Positions 51,528-64,000 of a stretch of 64,000 nt of DNA are shown here, piece by piece; position 1 is the stretch's first letter, and each line of letters starts with the position of its first letter. The stretch covers positions 69,936,001 to 70,000,000 of the forward strand of contig CM060731.1 of NCBI GenBank assembly GCA_030704615.1, in the 5' to 3' direction. A model generated the notes under the pieces. It saw only the letters and a list, made by a program, of their open reading frames with translations. It had not been told where the DNA came from and ran no database searches. Source of the DNA: Takakia lepidozioides. Lineage: Eukaryota > Plantae > Bryophyta. A program made the translations under genes and the position numbers.

Positions 51528-54500
51528 CAGGCCTTAGCTGACATCAAAGTACTCTAGATAATGTTGACACGAGATCTCCTTGAATGATCATTTCAAGAGT
51601 GGTAATAGGCTGAATCTTACAAGCCAGCGAAGAGGATGATGTACGCACAAAGCACCACCTGTCCGCCGGTGGCTTGACCGTGAATGACCTGATATGTACC
51701 ATACCACGTCACAAATGCCCATAGACAGAACGATTGACCTGTTAGCCCGATTGCAAGGCCCTTAGCGAGACCTTGCTTGACTCCCAAAGCTACAGTCGAG
51801 TCCAGATCCTCCGAAAACGAATTTAGCGTACGCTTCTCACCCACAAAGGAGTAGATAGTTCTGATTGAAGAGATTGCCTGCTCTGCAACTTTGCCTGCCT
51901 TTATATAGGCCTTCTGTATGCGCATTGCCAGATCCAAGAGGGCACGGCCATACATTAACCCAGGAAGCAACAAGAATGGTACGAAGGGCGTGACAGCGAG
52001 AGCGAGCCTCCATGCGAGATAGTATCCCATACCCAAGCCAGCAATAAACAGGGAAACGTTCTGTATTGTGTTACCCACCTGCAGTCACAGACCCACTAGG
52101 CTATGAGCTCAGCATCTTACAAAAAGATCTGCAAGCTAATAGGGTATATGACACTTCCGCACTTTTACAACAGTGCTCACCAACAAAGGAAAGTTTGTGT
52201 ATACGTGAAAGCACCTTCTCGCTAATTGCATCCTGGAGGGTTAGGGTGTCGGCAGAAACGCTGGCGACTATGGCGGAGGTACTGCTACTCTGCATGTCAA
52301 AGAAACCCACGTTCTGGCGAAGAATGGACCGTACATACTTGGCGCGTATGCGCCCTGCCTGCCTCTCGCCCGTGTACATCCAACAATATACCTCTGCACT
52401 TCCATGATACGTATTTTGTTACATCACAAAACGTCCGATCACAGGTCAAAGTATGGATCCACAGACTCTGGATAACGATCAATCATGGTACAGTTGATGT
52501 AAAAGGCACAAATTTGAGTACTCGATCATTGAAAAAAGATTAGGTGGAGCCCTTCTAGATTATCATTTGAAAGTTTCTCTGGAGGAACCCTCTGGAACAT
52601 TCAATCACTGAATCCTGGTTGAACTTCAGCCCAACTGATTTAAGCTGAAACCAGACCACCTAGGAGGCGGTTACCCTTACCATGGAAAACTGTAAGGGAG
52701 CCTAGGTAGGATGTTTCAATTTTCTCAACCTTTCAAAAACGATTTCAAGACCAGAATCTACATACATGACTTGCTTGTCAGAACTTAAGACCTGTCGCCT
52801 TTGCAGACTTTCAAGAGCACAGAGGAAGATCCAGAAGCTGCAGATGATTTCTCCTCAGACAAGAGTTTATTGTGGATGACACTCGCTAGGTACCTCTTTT
52901 ACGGATCACACGGTCTTAGTTGTACAATCTTGCAGATTAGCTGTAGGGATCTTCTAGCTTGAGTGTATTTTGAGATATTTCTAGCCAGCTCGACTAATTT
53001 ACATTAACTATGATCAACTGGTCAGGACTGTCAGCTCACAATTTCAAAACTTAGGCGGTCCAAGGCTATTAACGAGACTGCATTGCCCTTTAAATTTTCA
53101 TCATATACGTAGAGACGGCATACCGAAATAAGATGACACCATGGCGACGATGGAAATGTAAAGCATGACCAGCGAGCCCTGCACCCACATGATACCACCA
53201 GTACTTAGTTAAAGATCATCTTCACAATGTTGTTTATCCAGGAATTCTGGTTCAAAATGAAAAATATATGCATGCTAGTTCTTATATCACGATCAGAGAA
53301 CTTCGAATCATAATTCTGCTGTCCTGTATACAGTCAAAGGATATCCTTGACCTATCCTTGAATAGAATGTTTGGACAATGCCAAACAGGCTCATAGAGCG
53401 GCAACACAGATAGCACCATGCCAGGGAAACCTGCGTCTCATGACCGGAATTAAATTCCAGTTGTGCTTTACACATGTGAATTCGTTAGTCGGGCAAGACC
53501 AGTGTATTAATTAATCTAAGGCACCCAGGAAGGGACCTAGAGACTATGTAATTTAGTGTGTACCTACGCAAGTTTATGATCGTGTTTGGAGGAGATTTCT
53601 AATTTAGGAAGTCTTGAATTCACGTTCGAAGGCCTTCTGCTGAATTTCCTGAGCACTCTTGTAGTAGGTACATGTTCATCGAAATAAAAGGCAACAGGCT
53701 TTTCAGGAAAGCATTGAATAATTTGACTAAGATATTTCGTGCCCATTACCTCCGTAAGACCAAAGGTGAGCACAGACGTAGACCTCTAGAGCTCACTTTG
53801 CTGGCGTCGGGTTTATGCTCACGATCATGGGCCACTCAAGTGACATACTCTTAAGTGAAAACGGTCTTACCTTTGACACCTCCCTTGCTGCAGCGCTTGG
53901 GTCTGAAAACTGCAAGCTTGCAAATTTGCTGATCACATGGCTCTGAACGTATGCAATGCTAGGCCAAATGAAGCCACCGAGGATGGCGGAGATGGTCCCT
54001 ACTGTCATCAACGCCACGTCAAGAGCATCTGCGTACTTGAAAAGTTGGAAGTAAGGTACTAACTGCCGCTCCACAGGGGCTTCTTGAATCATGGGTTTTG
54101 ACTCAACATTGGGCTTCTCGGGATCCCCTTTCCCAGCATCAATCCTTTGTGAGCCCTTTATCTCTGAGGAAAATAGGTCGCCCTTTGGAAGCTTGTCGTC
54201 TTCATCCACTATAAATTTGCTGCCTCTCCTTGACATGAACGGAGAGGACCCTACAGAGATGAAAGCTTCAACAGAGACGTCAGACGCCCACGGAGTCCCT
54301 GACCGAAACGCACCTATTACATGAGGGGAACGGTATGGAAGGCCCACATCGAAGAACTCCTCGCTTGCACCATTTTGCGGCGTTCTGGCATCCTCGTAGA
54401 CATGTCGTCGATGGAGATCCGGATACACTCGATGTACTGACAAACCACTAGGGCTGTGCGGTGGATTTCCGGGACGGTCGCTTGGTGATGATTGCGGCTC

Positions 54501-54632
54501 ATATGACGAGTGGCGTGCTGGGCTTCCCCTAGGTAACAACTCGCGGCCTGCCAGGTCTGCGCGCTGGACGGCAGACAAGCGCGATGATCTCGATCCCTTA
54601 ACTCCCGACATTCTTTCGTATCTGTTGGACAT
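46148..54632 (-). CDS. ABCB: Full-size ABC transporter subfamily B (P-glycoprotein/MDR, ABCB15-like), ~1450 aa; exons 54632-53871, 53178-53124, 52393-52215, 52078-51621, 51171-50942, 50794-50484, 50301-49966, 49475-48660, 48212-47371, 47042-46821, 46289-46148
   Basis: TMD-NBD-TMD-NBD layout; Walker A GGSGSGKS and GQSGSGKS; signatures MSGGQKQR and LSGGQKQR; [11 protein letters not shown] x2. Exon lengths sum to 4353 nt with consistent phases. Confidence 0.95.
49356..49415 (-). repeat. Coding minisatellite 4 x 15 bp = (G/R)TPGR x4 in the ABCB linker
   Basis: GGAACCCCGGGACGT tandem copies, in frame. Confidence 0.92.
51481..51523. repeat. (CT)n microsatellite in an ABCB intron
   Basis: Direct read. 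Confidence 0.95.
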
Positions 54633-55057
54633 GGAGCTAGCTCAGTGGAATGCCGGCAGCTGAAGAAAACTTACCTTGTCATCTAGATGACCAACGTTCG
54701 ACACAAGATCATCGGAGGTAGTAGACAATTTTGAAATGCTTTGAACAAGTCTAGCAGGCGAAAAGCATCATTCTGAGCCTGGATCATGTGTTGTCACTGT
54801 ACAAACTCACTTCAATGCAGAATTCGACTTTCTTGCCTCAAGGAATCCACTCTAGAGACTGGAACTTTGTGTGTTCCGACGGAGAGAGAGCCTCTGCGTC
54901 TACAAGCGGGTTCATGAACGACTTGCCAGACCAGAGAACTTCTACACAGTCCTTGTGTGAGCTCTGCTCCAGCACCTCATCACACTCGACTGGCCCACGA
55001 CAGACAGCGCAGCCGGATGGGCAAAGAGACTTGAGACGAGACTAAAAGGGGCAGACG

Positions 55058-55150
55058 TATTTATTATAGGGGTCGCAGCCACCACCCCATGCATGGCAGA
55101 ATCCGTCTACGTCACTTGGTACGTCCGTCAGGGCGGACGTGACGTGACGG
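55058..55150 (-). promoter_or_regulatory. Probable ABCB core promoter: TATA box plus as-1/ocs-like TGACG cluster
   Basis: CTATAATAAATA on the - strand (55058-55069). GGACGTACCAAGTGACGTA has ACGT cores 12 bp apart; four TGACG in 55110-55149. Confidence 0.5.
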
Positions 55151-56231
55151 AAGGTCGATCACATTAACGGATGGTAACGGAACATCATTCTCCTTTGACT
55201 ATGCTTCAAAACTTTTTAATAAAAATGCTGAATTTCCTGAGTCAGGGACTCTCAGTTTTCCCTTACTTTTTGACTTGTAGGCGTTTCCCTTTCCACAAAA
55301 AAACAAAAAAAAACAAAAAGAGAATCTTGCGGAGCGCAAATTGTGATCGGACTCCGGACGGAGCATCCAAAGCAACATGTGCCTGGAAAAAAATGAGACA
55401 TACGAAGCAGCGTCCGGGAAATAATTTCAGTTGAACCAGCCAGTAGCCGCTCATTCCCAGCAGCAATGGGCTAAGTGGGTTGGGCAGTCGGTTGCTGCCC
55501 CTTAGTGGTAACTATACCCCGTCAATTTCCGGGATAAATTATTTACAACCGGTAATATTCCTAATGATTTATTTTGTGTTCAGCTATAAATCCGGCCCTT
55601 ATAAATATCAACTGGTTGACAACACAAGTGTCAAATGCACAACAATAAGTAAATAATAATAATAAGAAATAATCACAACCAGTTTTAAGCAATTCAAACA
55701 AGTGAAGAACATTGTATCCTTATAGAAGTTGGACCTGTCAATGCCTTCAAACCACATGGAGGCCAAGAATTGAACCCGCGTGGACAGGTGAGCTGTGATA
55801 GCAGGCAGCGAGTGCAAGCAGGCGTGGGGCTGGGGCTGCGAGAGCAACGTCCAGACTTAGTAGGGTTTGCCGGCGGGCCGCCCTCTTGAGTTCAATATTT
55901 TTTCACGTAAACGCCCTTCCTCGGATGTAACCCGGCCTAGCACGTTGGAATTTTGCCATGTGGCAGACTTCGACGGCCATTTCCATTTTTTGTAATATAA
56001 GAAGGGCCGGAATCTGTCCAGGCCTTGCCAACTAAAGCAGATTTCCTGTCTGTAATGAAATGGAAAGGCAAATATCCTTCTTAAAAGTAGGGCACCCGGT
56101 TGATTTCCGCTTAGGCCATTTTTTCCCTGGGATCCATTTCCTGAGGTTTCATATTTCATTCGGAAATTCTGGAATTCAGTCGGCTAGCATGTAACTAGCT
56201 GCCGGTTCTCCCCGGACGTTGATACGAAGAT

Positions 56232-56486
56232 ATTGTAGCTCAGTGGGATGGGGCACCGAGTGCACCTATATTCAAATATTCTGTTCTTCTCCCCCTTCCT
56301 TGGGCGGTGGCCGTGGCTTCCTCATGGCAAGGTTTCTTTTTTTCATTTTTTTCTCCCATCGTTTTATTATTGGGAAGGGAATTTGCACCCAGGAGGGCGC
56401 GACAGCTCACAAATCAGTATTTTCCAGGAAAAAAATGCATAGTAGAGGCATCATCAAGGGACACCGCCCAAGGGAAGGGGAAGAGG
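56232..56486. mobile_element. Two partial SINE-like copies in inverted, tail-to-tail arrangement
   Basis: A box TAGCTCAGTGG (56236) and body CCCCTTCCTTGGGCGGTG on +; tail CGACAGCTCACAAATCAG and body CACCGCCCAAGGGAAGGGG in reverse orientation. Confidence 0.55.
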
Positions 56487-58467
56487 GCCAAGGGCAAGGT
56501 TACTTTGAAAGAGAGGAAAAAAATTGTCCAATTAGTGAGCAGTTTTTCTTTGTATGTTTATTTTTTAAATCTGCATATATACTTATATATAGTGTTGGAT
56601 GGGTATTATTGCTATTTCTACGGCAGCCGGTTCCATAGCATTAGAATATTCTAGAATTTTTAATATATGTTGGATAGCATGATCTTTCATTTGCGATTCC
56701 ATTGGTAGTAATACCAACCTATTACTACAACTTCTTTGGTGTAAATCGTGTTTACTTATTTTGATTGGGCAGCCAAATACATTAGTATTCCTTCAATCTA
56801 CAAATACATACCAACATGCATTGTGTTGCAAAAGGCCATTGCATTTCATTTGGTACATTCGGGCAAAATTAAGAGAAATCAATGACAAAATCTGAATAAT
56901 ATGCTCTGACACCAACAAAAAAAATTCTTTGACCAGCTCTGCGATGGTGTAAGCATTTTGCCCACATAATCAATAATCAATCAAATAAGAGCGCCAACCA
57001 TAACATGTTGTGCATCTTATCGGCCAAAAATTGAAACTATAACCAACAAAAATGGTTATAAGACCACTACCATACTGGAACCGCAGGCATTTCATTTGGA
57101 AATAGCCTATCTAATATCCCTTCAAAGATCCATGAAAATACCGTCGGACATTTGATGAGAACCTTTTGAGGTTTTTGCTGATGCGTAGGATATATCTTGA
57201 CATATATATATTGACATAAATCTTGCTAGTATCTGGAACCGGTTCTTAGTTTTCCAAAGCTTGAAATGTGTTTTTGAAGTCCCAAGAAAAAAATTAAGTG
57301 TAGTGACAAAAGTACTATGGAGCTCATAATTGATCTACTAGAGGCTCCCTGCATTTAGTTTGGGAATTGTCTGTTTGTTTTTAGTATGTATCAATCTTCC
57401 AAGTGCACTTGGAGTATGGGACAATCTAACTTTTTTTGTGGTGGGGGGCTGAATGAGGTGAAAGGCAAGTTGAATGGAGGCCAAAATTGAACTAAAAGAG
57501 AAAAAAAAAAAACTTTTTGTGAATAATATGTGTAGAATGTTTTTAAATTTATAGATTCTCGGAAGAGAAAGATTCTTATATATACAAAATTTTCTTTCTC
57601 TTTTTCTAGCAAATTGTTACCCTGACTACTTTAAATTCAAATATCCCAAAGTTTGTGGATTAATACTTGTCACCTATCATACAAGGAAGATATTCTTCTG
57701 AGATTCCTGATAGGAGACTTCGATTTTTTCCCCCATTCTAAGCAGAATCTCACAATCTCAGAAATCATCGCCGCTCTTCTTTTTTAAGACTGCTTCGCCC
57801 AAATTTCTACACATGCAAGAAGAGTTTTGAACCTTTGCTCTGACATCCAAATATGATGGAAGGTAATTATTCAGTCTTTTGTATCAATCTATACTGTTGT
57901 GAGGCCGACGACAATACCGACGGTACAACTTTTCATAAATATAGCTGCACCCAAATATAGCACACATCGGTTAAGCAAGATAACACACAACATGGTCTTC
58001 ATAAGCTATTTCATATATTAATTCAAGTCTTGTCGGCAAGAAGTGATGAGTTGTCTATTGGAAAGAAAAACATCCATCCCAAATTGTTGTCAAACAGTTT
58101 TTTCTATGTTAGAGAGTCACGAAGTACTGACAAGTTATTACTTACTTATATCTCCAAATATGGTATCAGTTGCAGCAAGATGGATTAAAAAAGGAAAGTA
58201 CGACGTGTAAATTATGGTGTATCATCAATCTTGACCCCAAGGGCCTTCGGAGCGGGAAGGTGGACACCTTTGTGATACCAACCGGTGTTTTTAACCCACA
58301 ACTGCTTCCGACTTGGTATGTGCGCATTATCGTTGGGCTACAACTTGGCTGTTAATAAGATGGATACATTTAAGTTCTCAGCCTGGCCTGAATAATTATT
58401 TCATGGCCTCTGATTAATCCAATTGAGTCCCTTTTTATTTTATTCTTTAAGGGAAACCTGGGACCAC

Positions 58468-58973
58468 CGGTCGGTAACTCAGTTGGATAGACCACTGAGT
58501 GCCACCCAGGTTCGATTCCTGCTTGTGTACGTATAGTTGTCTCCCCCTTTCCTTGGGCTGTGTCCCTAGAGCCTTGTGCTGGGCGCCTCATGGCGAGGTT
58601 ACTATGAAAGAGGTTATTTTCTCCTCTCACAAGGGGCCTGATTTGTGAGCGGTCACTCCTGGGTATTTCCCTTTATTATTTTAAAATGTTCCAAAAAATA
58701 AAAATAAAAAACCTGGGACTCGGCGAGGTTACTATGAAAGAGGTTATTTTCTCCTCTCACAAGGGGCCTGATTTGTGAGTGGTCACTTCTGGGTATTTCT
58801 CTTTATTATCTTAAAACGTTCCAAAAAATAAAAATAAAAAACCTGGGACTCGGCGAGGTTACTATGAAAGAGGTTATTTTCTCCTCTCACAACGGGCCTG
58901 ATTTGTGAGCGGTCACGTCTGGGTATTTCTCTTTATTATCTTAAAACGTTCCAGAAAATAAAAATAAAAAACC
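58468..58973 (+). mobile_element. tRNA-derived SINE-like element whose 3' 130 bp is tandemly triplicated
   Basis: A box TAACTCAGTTGG (58475), B box GGTTCGATTCC (58509). Units start at 58592, 58722 and 58852, each ending in an A-rich tail. Confidence 0.7.
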
Positions 58974-59167
58974 CGCGACAGCCCACAATTCAGGCCCTTG
59001 AGGAGTGGGAAAAATTAACCCCCTTTCATTTATGGGCCATGAAACCTACAGGACAAACAACACCCAGACATACCACGGACAATTCACACATGGGGCAGGG
59101 CACCAGGTTTGAACCCCAAACCACCAGGGCGCGTCACACTGTGCACTTACCAGCTGAGCTAACAGCC
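58971..59167 (-). mobile_element. tRNA-derived SINE-like element, different head and body but related tail
   Basis: Reverse complement GGCTGTTAGCTCAGCTGGTAAGTGCA..GGGGTTCAAACC..AAGGGCCTGAATTGTGGGCTGTCGC. Confidence 0.65.
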
Positions 59168-61048
59168 AAAGAGCATGATTTCATTTTAGTTTTGACTTAA
59201 ACTAAAATTTCAGAATTAAAAATAAATTTGATGGGTTGGATTGAGACTTGAGACACTTCAAATTTTAAAATTTCTCATGGACAGAGTGCAGTGGGTGCCA
59301 GGGGACTAAAAACATTGCTATAGACAAGTGTGGCAATGAATCACACAAGATACTTACATAGTATCGGAGAGCAAGGAGGGATGGTAGCGGTAAAGTACTT
59401 AGCGGTGAGGGTGGGCCAGAGGCGAGGATTGAGAGGTGCATCTTGGAACAATTCCGAGAGAGAGGAATGCAGCGAAGTAACTGGGGTCGGCCATGGCAAG
59501 CCAGACGAGAGCAGCTTGAGGTTGACCTCCATGGCCGCAGCAGCCGCCGACGGGGGGTACCTTCTCACTCTCCTTCGTTCCTTCCTTTTCGCGCATGAGA
59601 CAACCGGCAGAAGGCAACTATAATGTCCATTTCGGAGGTTACGAGGTTTCGCAGTCGCTGATCAATGTTTGTAGGGAGGGACAAACGCGTGAGCGACATA
59701 GTTGGATATTCCAAGTTACTAGGCTCTGTAAAAACTTGCTGATCTCCTGAACCTACAGACTGTGCCTGAAGATGAGACGAAACGCTAAACATTTTAAGTT
59801 ATTGTTGCTATGTGCCGATGGAGTCTGATTCTATCTAGTATTTTAGATACTTATAGAGAACTCGGAAGTGTTTTGAGTTTTGGCTGAGTTCGTGCCTCTC
59901 AATTAGCGCCACGACAAACCTTCAATGAACAATTGGATGGTAATAGATGAACTGTCGGATGCACTGGACATTAACACAACGCGGGTGGGCCAGTGGGAAT
60001 TTTTCCAGGTTCGCCAAGGTGAGCTCGACCCAGTATCGCGGATCAGTCCCGGATCAGTGTATCTTTCATGCAAATGCATTGCGCACTGCAAAGGTTAATC
60101 CCTACCAGTCGCTACACGCTTCCATACATGAAATATTGTGACCCTGGCCGCCGAGTCAACTAGGATCCTTGGCAGGAGAGAATTAGAGGAAATTTGCAAG
60201 CACCTTGCATGCTTAAGTTAGAATCTTGCATAAGAATTGTGAGCTCAGCTACTAATCATCATCGCTAATATAAGCAGAGCCCACGTGTTCTTAAACATTG
60301 CAGCTTATGACGGATTGTTTTTTCGTCTGAGTAGGAACGGAAGCTGCTGGTTGCAACAAACCAGGCCAAAAGGCAGCGTAGGTTCAGGAATTTCGTGATC
60401 AGTCTTCCAACCCGTCATTCTGATCAAGAAGGTGATGTGACACACTGATTATTAAGACTCATGTTACCTAGCATCACTCATTACAAATTCCTCAGCTTTG
60501 CAATACAAAAACAGAATGAGACAAGTTTAACACAAGTATGAACTATTCTAAGTAAGCACATGTATGCTAGAAGTACCCCAACGTTCACTGGAGCTGGCAG
60601 GAGGTCAAGTGGCTAAGCATACTCACGCCACGACACATGAAAAATATTCATATATTTTAAGAATATATCAATAATATTCTATGACTAAATGAAAATGTTT
60701 TGCCAAAATATTCTAACAATAGTAGTTACAAAATCAAAATCGCAACAAACAGGCTTGTAAGTAAGCTCTCTTAACAAATGTGGCTATTGCATGCGACCCC
60801 ACGGAGTGCATCAATACTACATGGCCAAGGTGGCCAAGGTTCTAGAAGTTGCCCAAAAGATAGAAGTACAACAAGATAAGTTGGGATGCCAACAGACCGC
60901 GAACAGCTTAGGAGCACCAGGCCGAGGAGGGAGGCTCGCTATGGGCTGTTGGCGGTAGAGGCTGGCGGCAACAAAGACCAACACGAGGAAGGAGGTAGCT
61001 GCCGTAGGGGCTGGCGGCAACTAGGACCAGCAAGAGGATGGAGGCTGT

Positions 61049-61237
61049 GTAGGGGATATTGCAATCTAAGTTCTCTAGTTCATTTCATTGAGATACTTAC
61101 TTTCCAACATTCTATTTATTCTTTGTGTTGTGGGTGGGTAGGGGATATTGCAACTTAAGTTCTCTAGTTCATTTCATTGCTGAGATACTTACATTTCAAC
61201 ATTCCAACATTCTATTTATTCTTTGTGTGGTGGGTGG
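61049..61237. repeat. Tandem duplication, ~89-bp unit x2
   Basis: GTAGGGGATATTGCAA..AGTTCTCTAGTTCATTTCATTG.. at 61049 and 61138. Confidence 0.85.
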
Positions 61238-61719
61238 GCACGAACTGGGGAGGTTAGGGTCTAAAACTATGTTATCTAGGGGAGTGGCGAGTTACCTCTC
61301 AACCTCCTCTCAACATATATTTTTATTATGTTGCAAGATGTGCATGTGACTGATTTTTCTGCCCAAATTACATTTGCGACGGAGTTCGTTATATTCCATT
61401 ACGACGTCGTATGAGTCTACACAATATAAACCTAATTTTTGTTTGAGTTGATTGATGGAAGTTTTTATTATCATGAAGGTTCGTAGCAAAATGCCAACGG
61501 ATTTCCGGAAGGGGTTTAAACCACTACACGCTTGTAGTTGCAAAAGGAGTGATTAGGTATAAAGGCTTGTCAAGTAGAGAGGAGTAAATCCATTGATCCT
61601 TTGCAAGGTTATTCATGCCTCGCATCCAATGCATCCATCCCCTTTTACAAGAAAGATAATAGCTTTTCAAATATCCTTTGTTGGCACCCTTTAGGTAAAG
61701 GTTTTGTCAAAATATCAAT

Positions 61720-64000
61720 ACATTAAGCGAGACATTTGTTTTGTTTTGTCACGTTGAGATGTCCCAAACCGCGGGCCCAGCCCTCGACGAGGAGGGTTCC
61801 ACGGCCTTGGTCTCATGATTTTTGGACCTGCGGTGTGGGAGATGTGGAATTTCAAGTACTTTGGGTAGCTGGAAATTCATGAAAAATAGCAAAGTGGGCA
61901 TCCCTCGGACAATGGTTGGAGCCTCGATAGGAGAGATATAAAGGGAAATGTCTCCGGTTCAAATCTGGTCGTAGGCTTTGTAAAAAAAAAAAAAGACTTA
62001 GATGACATTGATGACATGGGACACTTGGGCCAACGGCACAGGCTACCTATCAATATATGAATGAAGACGTTTGTTTGTTTGTTTGTTTGGTTTTGTAGCC
62101 TTGAGATGTCCCGAACCGCTTGGTACCGTTGGAAAGCCCTCGATGAGGAGGGGTGCACCGGCTTGGTCTCATGACTTTTGGACCTGGGCATTCTTGGGAC
62201 AATGGTTGGAGCCTCGACGGGAGAGATATAAAGGGAAAGGTCTCCGGTTCAAATCTGGTTGGAGGCTCTGTGGTAAAAAACTTACTTAGATGACATTGGG
62301 CCGTTGGAAATTCGGGAAAAATAGCAAGTGGGCATTCATGGGAGAATGATTGGAGCCTTGACGAGAGAGACAACAAGGGAGAGGTCTCTGGTTCAAATCT
62401 AGTAATAGGCTATGTGGAAAAACAAAATTATCAGATATGGCTAAATCATTAGACTTAGATGCCTTAGATGACAGTGGACACTTGGGCCAACGGCACAGGC
62501 TACCCTAGAGGTTGCACTTGGGCCTCATTTAGGAGACGCACTAGGATACTTATGAGATCTTGCACATGGGCTTAGATGACGGTGGGCATTTGGGTCATCG
62601 GCACAAGCTACCTAGAGGTCACATTTGAGCCTCAACATAGGAGACACACTTGGATATATAGGGGATAGCACTTGGAGATATCAAGGGAAAGGTCTCCGGT
62701 TCAAATCTGGTCGTAGGCTCTATGGAAAAAAAAATGCATTTGGAATTAGATGACATTGGACAGGTGGGCCAACGGCATAGGCTACCCTAGTATCAATAAT
62801 GATTGGATATATTACTACTCATTAAATTCATGGAAAAAAATAGATTTGGCCTCTACATGGGAGATGCACTTGGATGCATGAATAGAAGATTGCACTTGGG
62901 CTTAGATGGGCCTCCACATATGAGACACTTGATACAAAGGAAATTGCACTTGGTCTTAGATTTCACTTCTTCACACCTGGGCCAACGGCATAGGCTTCAC
63001 TAGAGGTCGCAGTTGAGCCTCCACATAGGAGATGCACCGGGATGCATAGGAAATTGTACTTGGTCTGTCATACGCTATGTGGAAAAAAATTAATTAAATA
63101 TGGCTTGCTTCATATATTGATGCACTTGGACTTAGATGACAAATTGGACACTTGGGCCAATAGCAGAGGCTACCCCAGTCAACCTATGAAGCGAGACGTT
63201 TGTTTTCTTTTTCTTTGTCACGTTGAGATGTCCCGAATTGGGAGGCCCCAGCCCTGGTGCTTGGTACCATTGGAAAGCCCTCAACGAAGAGGGGTGCACG
63301 GCCTTGGTCTCAGGATTTTTGGACATGCGGTGGGGGAGATGTGGAATTCCAAGTACTTTGGGTCGCTGAAAATTCACGAAAAATAGCAAAGTGGCTTTCT
63401 TTGGACAATGATTGGAGCCTCGACAGAAGAGATATCAAGGGAAAGGTCTCCGGTTCAAATCTGGGTCGTAGGCTCTTTGGAAAAAAAAATGATTAGATGA
63501 CATTGGATACTTGGGCCAACGGCACAGGCTACCCTAGTCAATATATGAAGCAAGACGTTTGTTTGTTTTGTTTGTTTTGTCACGTCGAGATGTCCTGAAC
63601 CACGGGCCCAGCGCTGGTGCTTGGTACTGTTGGAAAGCCCTCGATGAGGAGGGGTGCACGGGCTTGGTCTTATAATTTTTGGACCTGCGGTGTGGGAGAT
63701 ACGGAATTTCAAGTACTTTTGGTTGCTGGAAATTCACAAAAAAATAGCAAAGTGGGCCATGGAAAAAAATAAAATAGGCCTTGACATGGGAGACGTACTT
63801 GGATACATAGGAAATTGCATTTGGGCTTAGATGACACTCGACACTTGGGCCTCTAAATGGGAGATGCACTTAAATACATGAATAGAAGATTGCACTTGGG
63901 CTTAGATGGGCCTCCATATAGGAGGTGCACTTGGATACATAAGAAATTGCACTTGGTCTTAGATTTCAATTCTTCACACATGGGCCAAAGGCACATGCTA
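61720..64000. repeat. Complex modular satellite-like repeat with tRNA-like modules, running off the window
   Basis: Recurrent modules: TTAGATGACATTGGACACTTGGGCCAACGGCACAGGCTACC; TTGGAAAGCCCTCGATGAGGAGGGGTGCAC; AATGGTTGGAGCCTCGA..AGGTCTCCGGTTCAAATCTGG. Confidence 0.85.

Noticed and set aside
59090-59167. Functional tRNA gene
   Set aside because: A/B boxes are present but acceptor and anticodon stems are imperfect, and it continues into a shared SINE-type tail.
59341-60141. Small gene from 60-100 aa ORFs
   Set aside because: No recognisable domain or consistent exon chain.
62125-62160. Hammerhead-like GAAA..GATGAG in the satellite
   Set aside because: No CUGANGA box, and the order and stems do not fit.

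Overview
Eukaryotic plant nuclear DNA, most likely a moss. This is inferred from a MIR533-type hairpin, a bryophyte-style ABCB and spliceosomal GT-AG introns. 1-11.4 kb: a Ty3/gypsy chromovirus (Galadriel-like; element A, + strand) with a second copy of the same family (element B, - strand) inserted antisense into its integrase. A later deletion removed most of B's 3' LTR, leaving two kb-scale inverted repeats. Both copies carry an unusual ~900-nt hairpin-dense non-coding domain between pol and the 3' LTR. 11.6-17.8 kb: a degenerate, 5'-incomplete L1 LINE (-). 18-25 kb: small TE relics, including a hAT MITE with an 8-bp TSD, followed by a MIR533 locus. Four spliced genes lie on the - strand: a conserved uncharacterised plant protein (5 exons), an aldo-keto reductase with two nonsense codons, CDT1 (7 exons, E2F-like sites) and an intact full-size ABCB transporter (11 exons, ~1450 aa). 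Between and after them are PPR, CACTA and copia relics, tRNA-derived SINE-like elements and a complex tRNA-containing satellite. All calls were made by eye with no database search. Exon phases of the four genes were checked by hand.
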